DNA of 64,000 nt from the sequence record NC_047838.1; one strand, written 5' to 3'. The notes below the pieces were generated by a model, which worked only from the letters and a program-made list of their open reading frames with translations, made no database searches and had not been told where the DNA came from. The position numbers were made by a program, and so were the translations under genes. Positions 1-9,056 of the stretch are shown here, piece after piece (position 1 is the stretch's first letter; each line of letters starts with the position of its first letter).

Positions 1-2
1 GT

Positions 3-929
3 ATCACCACGATTGTTGATATGGGCGATACGTTTGACAATAGAACTGGTATCAATTTTGCTGCCCTTGCATGGGCAAAAGATAATTACTACGATAGACT
101 TCAGAAGATGGGAGTCAAAGTTCATACCATCGTCGGTAATCATACAGCGTACTATAAAAACACTAACACCATTAACGCAGTTGATCTTCTGCTGCGTGAA
201 TATGATAATGTTGAAGTCTACTCTGCACCTGAAGAGGTTAAGTTAGACAATCTCAAAGTTCTTTTTATACCATGGATTAATCAAGAAAATGAAGCAGACA
301 CTCTTAAGATTATTGAAAAGACAACTTGCAACTGCGCGATGGGGCACCTTGAACTCCAAGGATTTAGAGTTAATCGACAGATCGTCATGGAGCATGGTAT
401 GGAGTGCTCACTATTTGAGAAGTTCAGTCATGTCTTCTCCGGTCACTATCACACTAGATCGACAGATGGGAAAATCTCGTACCTAGGTAATCCATATGAG
501 ATGTTCTGGAGTGATGTGAATGATGCTCGTGGATTTCATATCTTTGACACAGAGACTTTAGAAAGAACTCCTGTCAATAATCCTCATAGAATGTTCTACA
601 ACATTTACTATGAGGACACTCCACATCAGACATTTGACACCAGGGAATATGAAAACAAGATTGTAAAAGTTGTTGTTCGTAAGAAGACTGACACTAAAAA
701 CTTTGAAAAGTTTGTAGATAAACTTTACTCGTCAGGTATTGCCGAACTAAAGGTTGTTGAAAACTTTGACTTTAGCGGTTGGTATGATAAGGAAGTTGAT
801 ATGGTTGAATCTGAAGATACGATGTCAATCCTGAATAGATATATTGAAGAAGCAGAGGTCCCTCTTGATAAGTCTTTGATTCAAAAAATCATGAACGAAG
901 TATATCAGGAAGCATGTGAGCTGGTGTAA
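3..929 (+). CDS. gp47: T4 gp47-like recombination endonuclease subunit (Mre11/SbcD-like), 5'-truncated by window edge
   Basis: Metallophosphoesterase motifs DxGDxFD, VGNH, GHYH; directly upstream of gp46; frame stays open to the window start. Confidence 0.95.
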   Translation: MTTIVDMGDTFDNRTGINFAALAWAKDNYYDRLQKMGVKVHTIVGNHTAYYKNTNTINAVDLLLREYDNVEVYSAPEEVKLDNLKVLFIPWINQENEADTLKIIEKTTCNCAMGHLELQGFRVNRQIVMEHGMECSLFEKFSHVFSGHYHTRSTDGKISYLGNPYEMFWSDVNDARGFHIFDTETLERTPVNNPHRMFYNIYYEDTPHQTFDTREYENKIVKVVVRKKTDTKNFEKFVDKLYSSGIAELKVVENFDFSGWYDKEVDMVESEDTMSILNRYIEEAEVPLDKSLIQKIMNEVYQEACELV

Positions 930-1201
930 TGTATATCTTAACAATCTATGGAAAAGAGACGGAAGGTGCATATTCTGTAGCAGATGATGAAGGAGATCAG
1001 ATTCTTTATCTGTTTGAAGAGGAAGACGATGCGATGAGATATGCTATGATGTTGGAGGACGACGGAAGTCCTGACATGCATGTGATTGAAGTAGAAGATG
1101 AGATAATGATCAAAACCTGTGAGATGCATGACTATAAGTATGCAGTAATCACAAAGAACGACCTTGTAATTCCTCCAGACGCTAGTCATGATTTTGTTTG
1201 A
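929..1201 (+). CDS. Acidic hypothetical protein between gp47 and gp46
   Basis: 90-aa ORF whose start overlaps the gp47 stop and whose end overlaps the gp46 start. Confidence 0.75.
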   Translation: MYILTIYGKETEGAYSVADDEGDQILYLFEEEDDAMRYAMMLEDDGSPDMHVIEVEDEIMIKTCEMHDYKYAVITKNDLVIPPDASHDFV

Positions 1202-2900
1202 AAAGATTCGTTGGAAAAACTTTCTGTCAACGGGTAATCAATTTACTGAATTTGCACTCAACGAAAACTCTACCAATCTGATTATTGGCACAAACGGTGC
1301 AGGTAAGTCAACTGTATTGGATGCCTTGACGTTCTCTCTGTTTGGTAAACCTTTCCGTAAGATCAACAAACCTCAACTTATCAACTCTGTGAATGAGAAG
1401 GATTGTAAGGTAGAGGTTGAATTTACGATTGGTGACACGAATTGGAAAGTGGTTCGTGGAATCAAACCTGCTGTATTTGAGATCCATAGAAACGGTTCTG
1501 TAATGGATCAATTTGCTGCAGCCCTGGATCAGCAGAAGTGGTTGGAACAAAATGTTCTGAAGATGAACTACAAGTCATTCACTCAGATTGTGATTCTTGG
1601 TAGTAGCACGTTTGTTCCTTTCATGCAACTCCCTGCAAATAGCAGGAGAGAAGTGATTGAAGATTTACTTGATATCAAAATCTTTTCTTCCATGAATAGT
1701 ATTTTGAAAGATAAGATTAGGATGGTGAAGGAAGATATCAAAGTTCTTGATCTTAAGAAAGAGTCTCTGAACGATAAAGTTCAAATGCAGGAGAACTTTA
1801 TCGAAGAGTTGGAGGATCGTGGTAAGCAAAATATCAAAGACAAAGAACGCAAAATTCTTAGTCTCTTAAATGAAGAAAAGGATTTGATGAATGCTTGTGA
1901 TGGAATGAATGAGGAACTTCAAAGTCTCAACAAAAATCTTCAAAATCATTCAGGTGCCACGGATAAACTTCGCAAACTTGGAAACTTAAAGGGAAAGATT
2001 TCTCAGAAGGTATCTACGATTACTAAAGAGCATAAGTTTTTTACTGAAAACACGGTTTGCCCTACCTGTAATCAAGAGATTGAAGAGACCCTCAGAATAA
2101 ATAGAATTAACGACGCTCAAACTAAAGCAAAGGAGTTGCAATCCGGTTATAAAGAACTGGAGGGGGCAATTAAAGAGGAAGAAGAGCGAGAGCGTCAATT
2201 CACCACTCTATCAAAGGAGATCTCAAACCTCAATAATGACGTTTCTCAAAACAATATTAAGATCGCTGGATGTCAACGACAAGTCAGGGATCTGGAATCG
2301 GAAATTCAAAGAATTACCGAGCAACTTGCAAACAGAAATACTGAGCATGAAAAGTTAGAGACCTTCAAGGACAACCTTAAAACTACATACGACGAGTTAT
2401 CTTCAAAGAAGGACACTATTTGCTATTACGATTTTTCGTATAGTTTACTTAAAGACGGTGGAGTAAAATCTAAAATCATTAAGAAGTATCTGCCCCTGAT
2501 TAATCAGCAGGTGAACCGTTATCTACAGATGATGGACTTTTATATTAACTTCACGCTTGATGAGGAGTTTAGCGAAACCGTCCAGTCCCCAATTCATGAA
2601 GATTTTTCTTATGCTTCTTTCAGCGAGGGAGAGAAGATGAGAATCGACTTAGCACTCTTGTTTACCTGGAGAGAGGTGGCAAGAATGAAGAACTCTGTCA
2701 ACACAAATCTATTGATTATGGATGAAGTGTTTGACAGTTCTCTTGATGGATTTGGAACAGAGGAGTTCATCAAGATTATTAAATACGTTGTGAAAGATGC
2801 AAACATCTTTATCATCTCTCACAAGACTGGTCTAGAGGACCGATTTGATAACGTTATGAGATTTGAAAAAGTTAAAGGATTCAGCAGGATGGTATCATGA
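1188..2900 (+). CDS. gp46: T4 gp46-like recombination ATPase (Rad50/SbcC)
   Basis: Walker A GTNGAGKST, coiled coil with CPTC zinc hook, signature FSEGEK, Walker B LLIMDE. Confidence 0.97.
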   Translation: MILFEKIRWKNFLSTGNQFTEFALNENSTNLIIGTNGAGKSTVLDALTFSLFGKPFRKINKPQLINSVNEKDCKVEVEFTIGDTNWKVVRGIKPAVFEIHRNGSVMDQFAAALDQQKWLEQNVLKMNYKSFTQIVILGSSTFVPFMQLPANSRREVIEDLLDIKIFSSMNSILKDKIRMVKEDIKVLDLKKESLNDKVQMQENFIEELEDRGKQNIKDKERKILSLLNEEKDLMNACDGMNEELQSLNKNLQNHSGATDKLRKLGNLKGKISQKVSTITKEHKFFTENTVCPTCNQEIEETLRINRINDAQTKAKELQSGYKELEGAIKEEEERERQFTTLSKEISNLNNDVSQNNIKIAGCQRQVRDLESEIQRITEQLANRNTEHEKLETFKDNLKTTYDELSSKKDTICYYDFSYSLLKDGGVKSKIIKKYLPLINQQVNRYLQMMDFYINFTLDEEFSETVQSPIHEDFSYASFSEGEKMRIDLALLFTWREVARMKNSVNTNLLIMDEVFDSSLDGFGTEEFIKIIKYVVKDANIFIISHKTGLEDRFDNVMRFEKVKGFSRMVS

Positions 2901-3613
2901 GAGTTTTAGTTACAGGTCACAACGGGTTTATTGGTCGCAACGTTTTCTTAGATTGGCAACAGACCCTGGGTGTCAACAACGTTGATGGTATTGATTATCC
3001 TGATGATATTGGAGACTTCGATGGTGGTGACTACGATCTCGTTATTCACCTTGCAGCATATGCTGATATCAGAGAGAGTTTGAAGGAACCACAACTCTAT
3101 TATGAGAATAATGTGATCAAGGCAAAGAAGTTATTTGAGTGGTGTAGAAAGACAAACACAAGACTTCTGTATGCTTCCTCAAGTGCAGTAGAAGAAGAAT
3201 ACTGGGAGAATCCATATGCTATGACAAAGTGGATTAATGAAGTCATGGCTCCACCTAATTCAGTTGGTATGAGGTTCACAACTGTCTATGGTCCTGATAG
3301 TCGCCCCAATATGATGTATAGAATGCTTGAGGACAAGACAGCAAAGTATGTCACTAATCATAAGCGTGATTGGATTCATGTCAAAGATGTATGTCGTGCC
3401 ATTCATTACCTAGCATCCTCTAGTATTACGGGTCCTGTTACTATTGGTACAGGTAAATCAGTTTCTGTGAAAGCACTTGCTGATGCTATGGGTATGGGAC
3501 ACCTTCCTGTCGTGGAGGATACGCCTGGAGAGAGAATGGACAATCAAGCAGATATCTCAAGACTTAAGAAGATTGGGTGGTTCCCTACGGTAAATATTTT
3601 TGACACAGTATAA
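2897..3613 (+). CDS. NAD-dependent epimerase/dehydratase (extended SDR)
   Basis: TGHNGFIG Rossmann motif, HLAA, YASSS, YAMTK (YxxxK). Confidence 0.9.
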   Translation: MRVLVTGHNGFIGRNVFLDWQQTLGVNNVDGIDYPDDIGDFDGGDYDLVIHLAAYADIRESLKEPQLYYENNVIKAKKLFEWCRKTNTRLLYASSSAVEEEYWENPYAMTKWINEVMAPPNSVGMRFTTVYGPDSRPNMMYRMLEDKTAKYVTNHKRDWIHVKDVCRAIHYLASSSITGPVTIGTGKSVSVKALADAMGMGHLPVVEDTPGERMDNQADISRLKKIGWFPTVNIFDTV

Positions 3614-3671
3614 AGTTCTGTGTCTAGAATGTAAATTTAACAAAAACTTAATTAAGTTAGCATACGACTGC

Positions 3672-3677
3672 TAAATA
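3672..3677 (+). promoter_or_regulatory. T4-type late promoter TAAATA
   Basis: TAAATA in the intergenic region upstream of the ORF at 3747. Confidence 0.55.
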
Positions 3678-3746
3678 ATAACAGAATTGGGGATAGCAAG
3701 ATGCTCTAAACGTCTTCGTTATTTTTTATTGTAATTGGAGAGAGTC

Positions 3747-3929
3747 ATGCACAACATCATCTCACACAATCAACTAGCCGGTTGGAAACAAAGCGTGGAC
3801 CATCTAGATAGAACCATTACACACGCTAATCAACAATCTGACGCATTAAACGATTATTACAACTGCCTGATTGAGTGTGATGAGAGACAACACATCTGTA
3901 AACGAATTTGCAAAGAAGTCTTAGAGTAA
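3747..3929 (+). CDS. Small Cys-rich hypothetical protein (CxxxC-x6-CxxxC)
   Basis: ATG 3747 with GGAG upstream; MHNIISHNQLAGW...CLIECDERQHICKRIC. Confidence 0.75.
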   Translation: MHNIISHNQLAGWKQSVDHLDRTITHANQQSDALNDYYNCLIECDERQHICKRICKEVLE

Positions 3930-3935
3930 ACTGTA

Positions 3936-3992
3936 GACACAAGGAGAACTGTCACTAAGTGCCCCCCGCTTCGGCGGGGGGTTTAGTATTAT
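3936..3992 (+). promoter_or_regulatory. Candidate phage early-promoter module: GAC..ACTGTCAC motif plus -10 TATTAT
   Basis: ACTGTCAC 3949-3956 lies about 30 nt upstream of TATTAT 3987-3992; same arrangement at 6272-6328. Confidence 0.5.
3962..3984 (+). terminator. Intrinsic terminator with UUCG tetraloop
   Basis: CCCCCCGC-TTCG-GCGGGGGG-TTT. Confidence 0.75.
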
Positions 3993-4013
3993 AAGGGCAT
4001 CGACAGGACAAGC

Positions 4014-6134
4014 ATGACCGTTAAGCACGAAATCAAATCTCAACTCGCTAAACTCCTTGCAACTGAAGATCTGATCGTGGAGCACAAGCAAGTTCAAACT
4101 GCTTGCTTCAACGTTCACACTCGTGTCCTTACCCTCCCTATGTGGGAACGAGCAAGCAACACTGTCTATGATCTTCTGGTGGGTCATGAGGTGGGACATG
4201 CTCTTTTCACTCCAGATGAAGACTGGATCAAACGTAAAAGGATTCCTCCTCAATTTGTGAATGTGGTTGAGGATGCTAGAATCGAAAAGATGATGAAGCG
4301 TAAGTATGCTGGACTTGCAAAGACCTTCTACCATGGGTACAAAGAATTACACGAAGAGGATTTCTTCGCTCTATCTGATAGCGACATCGCTGATTTTAAT
4401 CTTGCTGATCGTGCAAATCTTTACTTTAAGATCGGTAATTTTCTAGACCTTTCTTTTACTGAGGAAGAAAAAACAATCATCCGTATGATTGACGGATGCG
4501 ATGACTTTGAAGATGTTCTTATTGCTGCAGAAGCACTCTACAAATTCTGCAAAAAGAAACAGGATGATGATGTAAAGAAACCTGCTAATCAAACTGAGAA
4601 CCAGCAACCTGCATCTGAGATTGTTGATGAGGATGCTAAGGAAGAAGTTCAGCATGAGTCTGATGATCAGACTGAAGATTCTCAAGAACCTATTTCTACA
4701 AGTCAAGAGATTGAATCTGACGAGAAAGATGATGACCTGCAGGTTGAGACTGCTGAGTCTCTTAGCAATAATCTGAAGGACCTGATTGACGAGAACTCTA
4801 GCGAAACTGTTTATCTGGAAGTTCCTAAGGTCAATCTTGATACTGTGATTGCCAGTAACGCTGATGTGCATGATTACATCAACTGGTGGTGGTCTCGTTA
4901 TGATGAGTTTGAAACTCCTGTCTTTGAAGAGTCTGATCAGGAGTTTGTCAAATTCAAACGTAATGCACAGAAAGAGGTAAACTATCTGGTAAAAGAGTTT
5001 GAGTGTCGCAAGGCAGCAGACTCATACGCTCGTGCCTCTACTGCTCGTACCGGTGTACTTGATACATCTAATCTGCATACCTATAAGTTCAACGAAGACC
5101 TTTTCAAGAAAGTCACAGTTCTTCCTGACGGTAAGAATCATGGTCTAGTGTTTGTCCTTGATTGGTCTGGGTCCATGTCTCAGGTCATGAAGGATACTTG
5201 TAAGCAACTGTTCAATCTGGTTTGGTTCTGTAAGAAGGTAAGCATTCCTTTTGAAGTCTATGCATTTACTAACGAGTGGAACCGTCAGTATGTTGACAAG
5301 GAAGGTGAGATTGTATTTCCTAAGAACACGCCGCACTTTGAAAAGAAAGAAGGTTTGCTTGCGGTTGATCATGACTTCTCTCTGATGAACATTCTTTCCA
5401 GTAAAGTTTCTGGTAAAGAACTAGAGAAACAAATGATTAGCATCTGGCGTCTTGCATATTCTTTCGGTCGCGCTTATTCTTCGTTGTATGCATGGCCAGA
5501 TCGTCTATCACTCTCTGGTACTCCTTTGAATGAGTCTCTTGTTTGCTTGCATCAGATCCTTCCAAAGTTTCAACGTGAAAACAAACTTCAGAAAGTTCAG
5601 TGTATTATCCTGACTGATGGTGAAGCAAATGCTCTAGCACAGTACAAAGAAATCAAACGTTATTGGGAGAAGGACTCTGAACCATACATCGGACACAAAC
5701 GTATTGAACCACACACAACTATTCTTCGTGATCGTAAACTTGGCACCACATATAGGTTTGGATATTCTTATCATGAGTTCACCGATGTGATGCTGCGTAA
5801 TCTTAAGGACAAGTTTCCTGAAGTAAACTTTATCGGTATGCGTGTTCTTGCATCTCGTGATGTTGGTAGTTTCATGCGTCTTCATAATCATCCTGGTGGT
5901 GACGAATTTCTTCGTCTTCAAAAAGAGTGGAAGAAAGAAAAGAGTTTCTGTATCAAGAACTCTGGATATGATGCATACTTTGGTTTGTCCTCAAACAACT
6001 TGTCTCAAGATTCGGAGTTTGAAGTTGATGATGGTGCTACTAAAGCAAAGATCAAATCTGCATTTGTCAAATCTTTGAAGGTTAAAAAACTAAATAAGAA
6101 AGTCCTAGGAGAGTTTATTTCTTTGGTGGCATGA
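4014..6134 (+). CDS. N-terminal HExxH metallopeptidase-like domain plus C-terminal VWA domain (CobT-like partner of MoxR ATPase)
   Basis: GHEVGH zincin motif, acidic linker, MIDAS motif LDWSGSM, GTPLNE, ILTDGE. Confidence 0.85.
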   Translation: MTVKHEIKSQLAKLLATEDLIVEHKQVQTACFNVHTRVLTLPMWERASNTVYDLLVGHEVGHALFTPDEDWIKRKRIPPQFVNVVEDARIEKMMKRKYAGLAKTFYHGYKELHEEDFFALSDSDIADFNLADRANLYFKIGNFLDLSFTEEEKTIIRMIDGCDDFEDVLIAAEALYKFCKKKQDDDVKKPANQTENQQPASEIVDEDAKEEVQHESDDQTEDSQEPISTSQEIESDEKDDDLQVETAESLSNNLKDLIDENSSETVYLEVPKVNLDTVIASNADVHDYINWWWSRYDEFETPVFEESDQEFVKFKRNAQKEVNYLVKEFECRKAADSYARASTARTGVLDTSNLHTYKFNEDLFKKVTVLPDGKNHGLVFVLDWSGSMSQVMKDTCKQLFNLVWFCKKVSIPFEVYAFTNEWNRQYVDKEGEIVFPKNTPHFEKKEGLLAVDHDFSLMNILSSKVSGKELEKQMISIWRLAYSFGRAYSSLYAWPDRLSLSGTPLNESLVCLHQILPKFQRENKLQKVQCIILTDGEANALAQYKEIKRYWEKDSEPYIGHKRIEPHTTILRDRKLGTTYRFGYSYHEFTDVMLRNLKDKFPEVNFIGMRVLASRDVGSFMRLHNHPGGDEFLRLQKEWKKEKSFCIKNSGYDAYFGLSSNNLSQDSEFEVDDGATKAKIKSAFVKSLKVKKLNKKVLGEFISLVA

Positions 6135-6280
6135 GCGACAAACAGTTACCCGAATGGAAGGTTAGAGCACTACAAGACCCTTCTGTGAACGATAAGCAAG
6201 CACGAATCATCATGGATGGTCCAAAGTGTTTGACTGATGCGTGGTTCCTCCAGGCGATGAAATTTAAATATGGACGATAA
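6131..6280 (+). CDS. Small hypothetical protein (49 aa, not in ORF track)
   Basis: ATGA overlap with the upstream stop; MSDKQLPEWKVRALQDP...MKFKYGR. Confidence 0.6.
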   Translation: MSDKQLPEWKVRALQDPSVNDKQARIIMDGPKCLTDAWFLQAMKFKYGR

Positions 6281-6328
6281 TTAGACTGTCCACCAGGGGG
6301 TCATGTGACCCCCTTTTCCGTATATAAT
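6272..6328 (+). promoter_or_regulatory. Candidate early-promoter module: GGAC..ACTGTCCAC plus -10 TATAAT
   Basis: ACTGTCCAC 6285-6293, TATAAT 6323-6328; same spacing as the module at 3936-3992. Confidence 0.55.
6295..6317 (+). terminator. Intrinsic terminator
   Basis: AGGGGGTCA-TG-TGACCCCCT-TTT. Confidence 0.7.
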
Positions 6329-6350
6329 AACTTCAGTTCAAACAAAGCAA

Positions 6351-7427
6351 ATGGGTCTGTCTAAAGAAAGCATCATCGAATGTCTTCGTGAGTCTTATGG
6401 CGAGTCTGTGACTTCTGCCGAGATCAAGGCATATTGTCAGATGAATGACTTTAACTACCAGACTGTTACTAACAAACTGACTGACTACAAAGTTGGTCGT
6501 GGCAAGTGGAACCTTGAAGTAACAAAGGAGACTGTGCAAGAACTGGAAGTATCTTATAGTGCTCCTGCCGCACTTCCGGCAATCGAACAAAACCTTATTC
6601 CTCAGAAAGATGATACCTTCGTCAGCTTTGGTAATTTCAGTGACGTTAAAAAAATTATTAAGTCCGGTCTCTTCTACCCTACGTTTATCACGGGTCTCTC
6701 GGGCAATGGTAAAACGTTTTCTGTCGAACAAGCGTGTGCCCAACTCGGACGAGAACTCATCCGAGTCAACATCACAGTAGAGACTGATGAGGACGATCTC
6801 ATCGGTGGTTTCCGTCTTGTCAACGGAGAGACTGTTTGGCACAACGGACCAGTCATCGAAGCTCTGCAACGGGGTGCTGTTCTGCTCCTTGATGAGATTG
6901 ACCTTGCATCTAACAAGATTCTTTGCCTTCAGTCCATTCTTGAAGGTAAGGGTGTATTCCTGAAGAAGATTGGCAAATGGGTTTCTCCTGCAGAGGGTTT
7001 CCAAGTGTTCGCTACTGCCAACACTAAAGGCAAAGGTTCTGATGATGGTCGCTTTATTGGCACTAATGTTCTGAATGAAGCATTCCTTGAGCGATTCCCT
7101 GTGACCTTTGAGCAAGAGTATCCTTCTGCTGCTATTGAACAGAAGATTCTTGGCAAGATCTGCAAGGATGAAGAGTTCTGCAAGCGTCTCTCTGACTGGG
7201 CAGACATCATCCGTAAGACCTTCTATGATGGTGGTATTGAGGAGATTATCTCCACTCGCCGTCTGGTTCACATCGTGAAGGCATACAGCATCTTCAACGA
7301 CAAGGCAAAGGCAATTCAAGTTTGCGTCAATCGTTTCGACGATGAAACCAAGCAGGCATTCTTGGAATTGTATGATAAAGTCGATGCTGACTTTGTGATG
7401 CCCGTTGACGAAACCCCTACAGTTTGA
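6351..7427 (+). CDS. cobS: MoxR/CobS-like AAA+ ATPase
   Basis: Walker A GLSGNGKT, Walker B LLLDEID, ATANTKG, LNEAFLERF; family usually annotated CobS in cyanophages. Confidence 0.9.
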   Translation: MGLSKESIIECLRESYGESVTSAEIKAYCQMNDFNYQTVTNKLTDYKVGRGKWNLEVTKETVQELEVSYSAPAALPAIEQNLIPQKDDTFVSFGNFSDVKKIIKSGLFYPTFITGLSGNGKTFSVEQACAQLGRELIRVNITVETDEDDLIGGFRLVNGETVWHNGPVIEALQRGAVLLLDEIDLASNKILCLQSILEGKGVFLKKIGKWVSPAEGFQVFATANTKGKGSDDGRFIGTNVLNEAFLERFPVTFEQEYPSAAIEQKILGKICKDEEFCKRLSDWADIIRKTFYDGGIEEIISTRRLVHIVKAYSIFNDKAKAIQVCVNRFDDETKQAFLELYDKVDADFVMPVDETPTV

Positions 7428-7433
7428 TATAAT
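7405..7433 (+). promoter_or_regulatory. Sigma70-like promoter
   Basis: TTGACG-17 nt-TATAAT with extended TGn. Confidence 0.7.
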
Positions 7434-7434
7434 T

Positions 7435-7947
7435 ATGGCTAACTCCTGGTCCTTTCTACACGATGAAATGAACATGTCTAATCAAGACTATTGGTATGAA
7501 GACGGATTCAGTTTGACTGGTAATCCTACTGCTGCACCTGATACTATCAACTTTAGTAGTACTACCATTGCTGCTCAACCAGTTCCGATGGATTATCTTT
7601 CCCTTGGCGGTGAAGATTCTGTTTCCTTTAACTTAAATATGGAAGAAAAGAACACACAAAGTAAATACAAATATAGTGAGGATGTAATCCTCAAAGAACT
7701 GCAAGATTATATTACTGGCACGTACAATCAGCATTATTCTGCTGGTGATGATAAAATTCAGACACTTGATCTGATTGAAGCGTGTGGTGATGGTGAATCC
7801 TTCTGCCGCAGTAACATCCTCAAGTATGCCTCTCGTTATGATAAGAAAGGCACCGCCCGACGTGACATTATGAAGATTTTGCATTATGCTGTACTTCTGA
7901 TGCATTTTAACGACAAGAATGCACAACGTGAAACCTACCCTCAGTGA
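7435..7947 (+). CDS. DUF3310-like protein (start uncertain)
   Basis: C-terminal QHY...FCRSNILKYASRYDKKG...DIMKILHY pattern typical of DUF3310 (T7 gp1.7-related) domains. Confidence 0.6.
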   Translation: MANSWSFLHDEMNMSNQDYWYEDGFSLTGNPTAAPDTINFSSTTIAAQPVPMDYLSLGGEDSVSFNLNMEEKNTQSKYKYSEDVILKELQDYITGTYNQHYSAGDDKIQTLDLIEACGDGESFCRSNILKYASRYDKKGTARRDIMKILHYAVLLMHFNDKNAQRETYPQ

Positions 7948-8630
7948 TGAAAACTCGACCCGCTATGAAACTCTCTGATAAGACTATTTCTGTGTTGAAG
8001 AACTTCTCTTCAATCAATCAGTCTATTCTGTTTAAGGAGGGTAACAAACTTCGCACTATTAGTGTGATGAAGAACATCCTTGCAGAAGCAACTGTATCTG
8101 AAGACTTCTCCAAAGATTTTGGTATCTACGATCTCAACCAGTTCCTTAATGGTTTGAGTCTGCACTCTAGTCCTGAACTTGACTTTGCTAATGACGGATA
8201 CGTTGTCATTCGTGAAGGTCGGTCTCGGTCTAAGTATTTCTTTGCTGACCCTAATGTAATTGTCACTCCTCCCGACAAAGCAATCACTCTTCCTAGTGAG
8301 GACGTTTGCTTTGAACTGAGTACGGATCAACTGGACAAACTTCTCAAGGCAGCAGCAGTTTATCAACTGCCAGACATCTCTGCAGTTGGTGAAGCAGGTG
8401 TGATCAAACTGGTTGTTCGTGACAAAAAGAACGACACTTCTAACAATCATGAGATTGTTGTGGGTGAGACGGACTCGGAGTTTGTCTTCAACTTCAAGGT
8501 AGAGAACATCAAGGTTCTGCCTGGAACTTATGAGGTGGTAGTGTCTCAGAAACTTCTTTCTCGATTCACTTCTAAGAACCATGACCTCACTTACTACATC
8601 GCACTTGAACCCGACTCCACCTTCGGGTAA
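7947..8630 (+). CDS. gp45: Sliding clamp gp45
   Basis: MKLSDKTISVLKNFSSINQSI, FGIYDLNQFL, YYIALE; synteny with gp44/gp62. Confidence 0.95.
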   Translation: MKTRPAMKLSDKTISVLKNFSSINQSILFKEGNKLRTISVMKNILAEATVSEDFSKDFGIYDLNQFLNGLSLHSSPELDFANDGYVVIREGRSRSKYFFADPNVIVTPPDKAITLPSEDVCFELSTDQLDKLLKAAAVYQLPDISAVGEAGVIKLVVRDKKNDTSNNHEIVVGETDSEFVFNFKVENIKVLPGTYEVVVSQKLLSRFTSKNHDLTYYIALEPDSTFG

Positions 8631-8720
8631 GAAGGATTATCAAGGTCCCCTCTACGCTCCCTGGTGGAAAGTTGAGGAGGGGAAAAAACAATTTCGTGAA
8701 TGGTTGAAAAAACAACAATA

Positions 8721-9056
8721 ATGAAACACATCCTTTTTACCCTTAAGGGTTGTCCGTTTGAACTCCTTGACGATAAAGAGTTCATTCGGATGCTTTTGTT
8801 TAGAGCAACAAAAGAATGTAAGTCTACTCTTCTCAATCTAGCAGTACATAAGTTTGATCCTCAAGGGGTGACTAGTATTGCTATGCTTGCGGAGAGTCAT
8901 ATCTCCATTCACACTTGGCCAGAGAAAGGCATGGCAGTTTGTGATGTCTTTACTTGTGGTGATACCGCTACACCTCAAGATGGTGTAGAATATATGAAAG
9001 AACAATTGAAGGCAACTGATATTGTTTCGCATGAATTTGTCCGACCTTTGGAATGA
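8721..9056 (+). CDS. speD: Pyruvoyl-dependent S-adenosylmethionine decarboxylase-like proenzyme
   Basis: LAESHISIHTWPE self-cleavage motif, DVFTCG. Confidence 0.9.
   Translation: MKHILFTLKGCPFELLDDKEFIRMLLFRATKECKSTLLNLAVHKFDPQGVTSIAMLAESHISIHTWPEKGMAVCDVFTCGDTATPQDGVEYMKEQLKATDIVSHEFVRPLE

Noticed and set aside
3747-3929. CP12 assignment for the small Cys-rich protein
   Set aside because: Lacks the AWD-VEEL core and the C-terminal CP12 pattern; Cys spacing differs
6351-7427. Cobalamin biosynthesis role implied by the cobS label
   Set aside because: No cobN or other cob genes in the window; the VWA partner points to a generic MoxR system
8636-8695. Possible hairpin (CCCCT/AGGGG) upstream of speD as a SAM or polyamine riboswitch
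   Set aside because: Pairing is short and interrupted, with no recognisable SAM-riboswitch consensus
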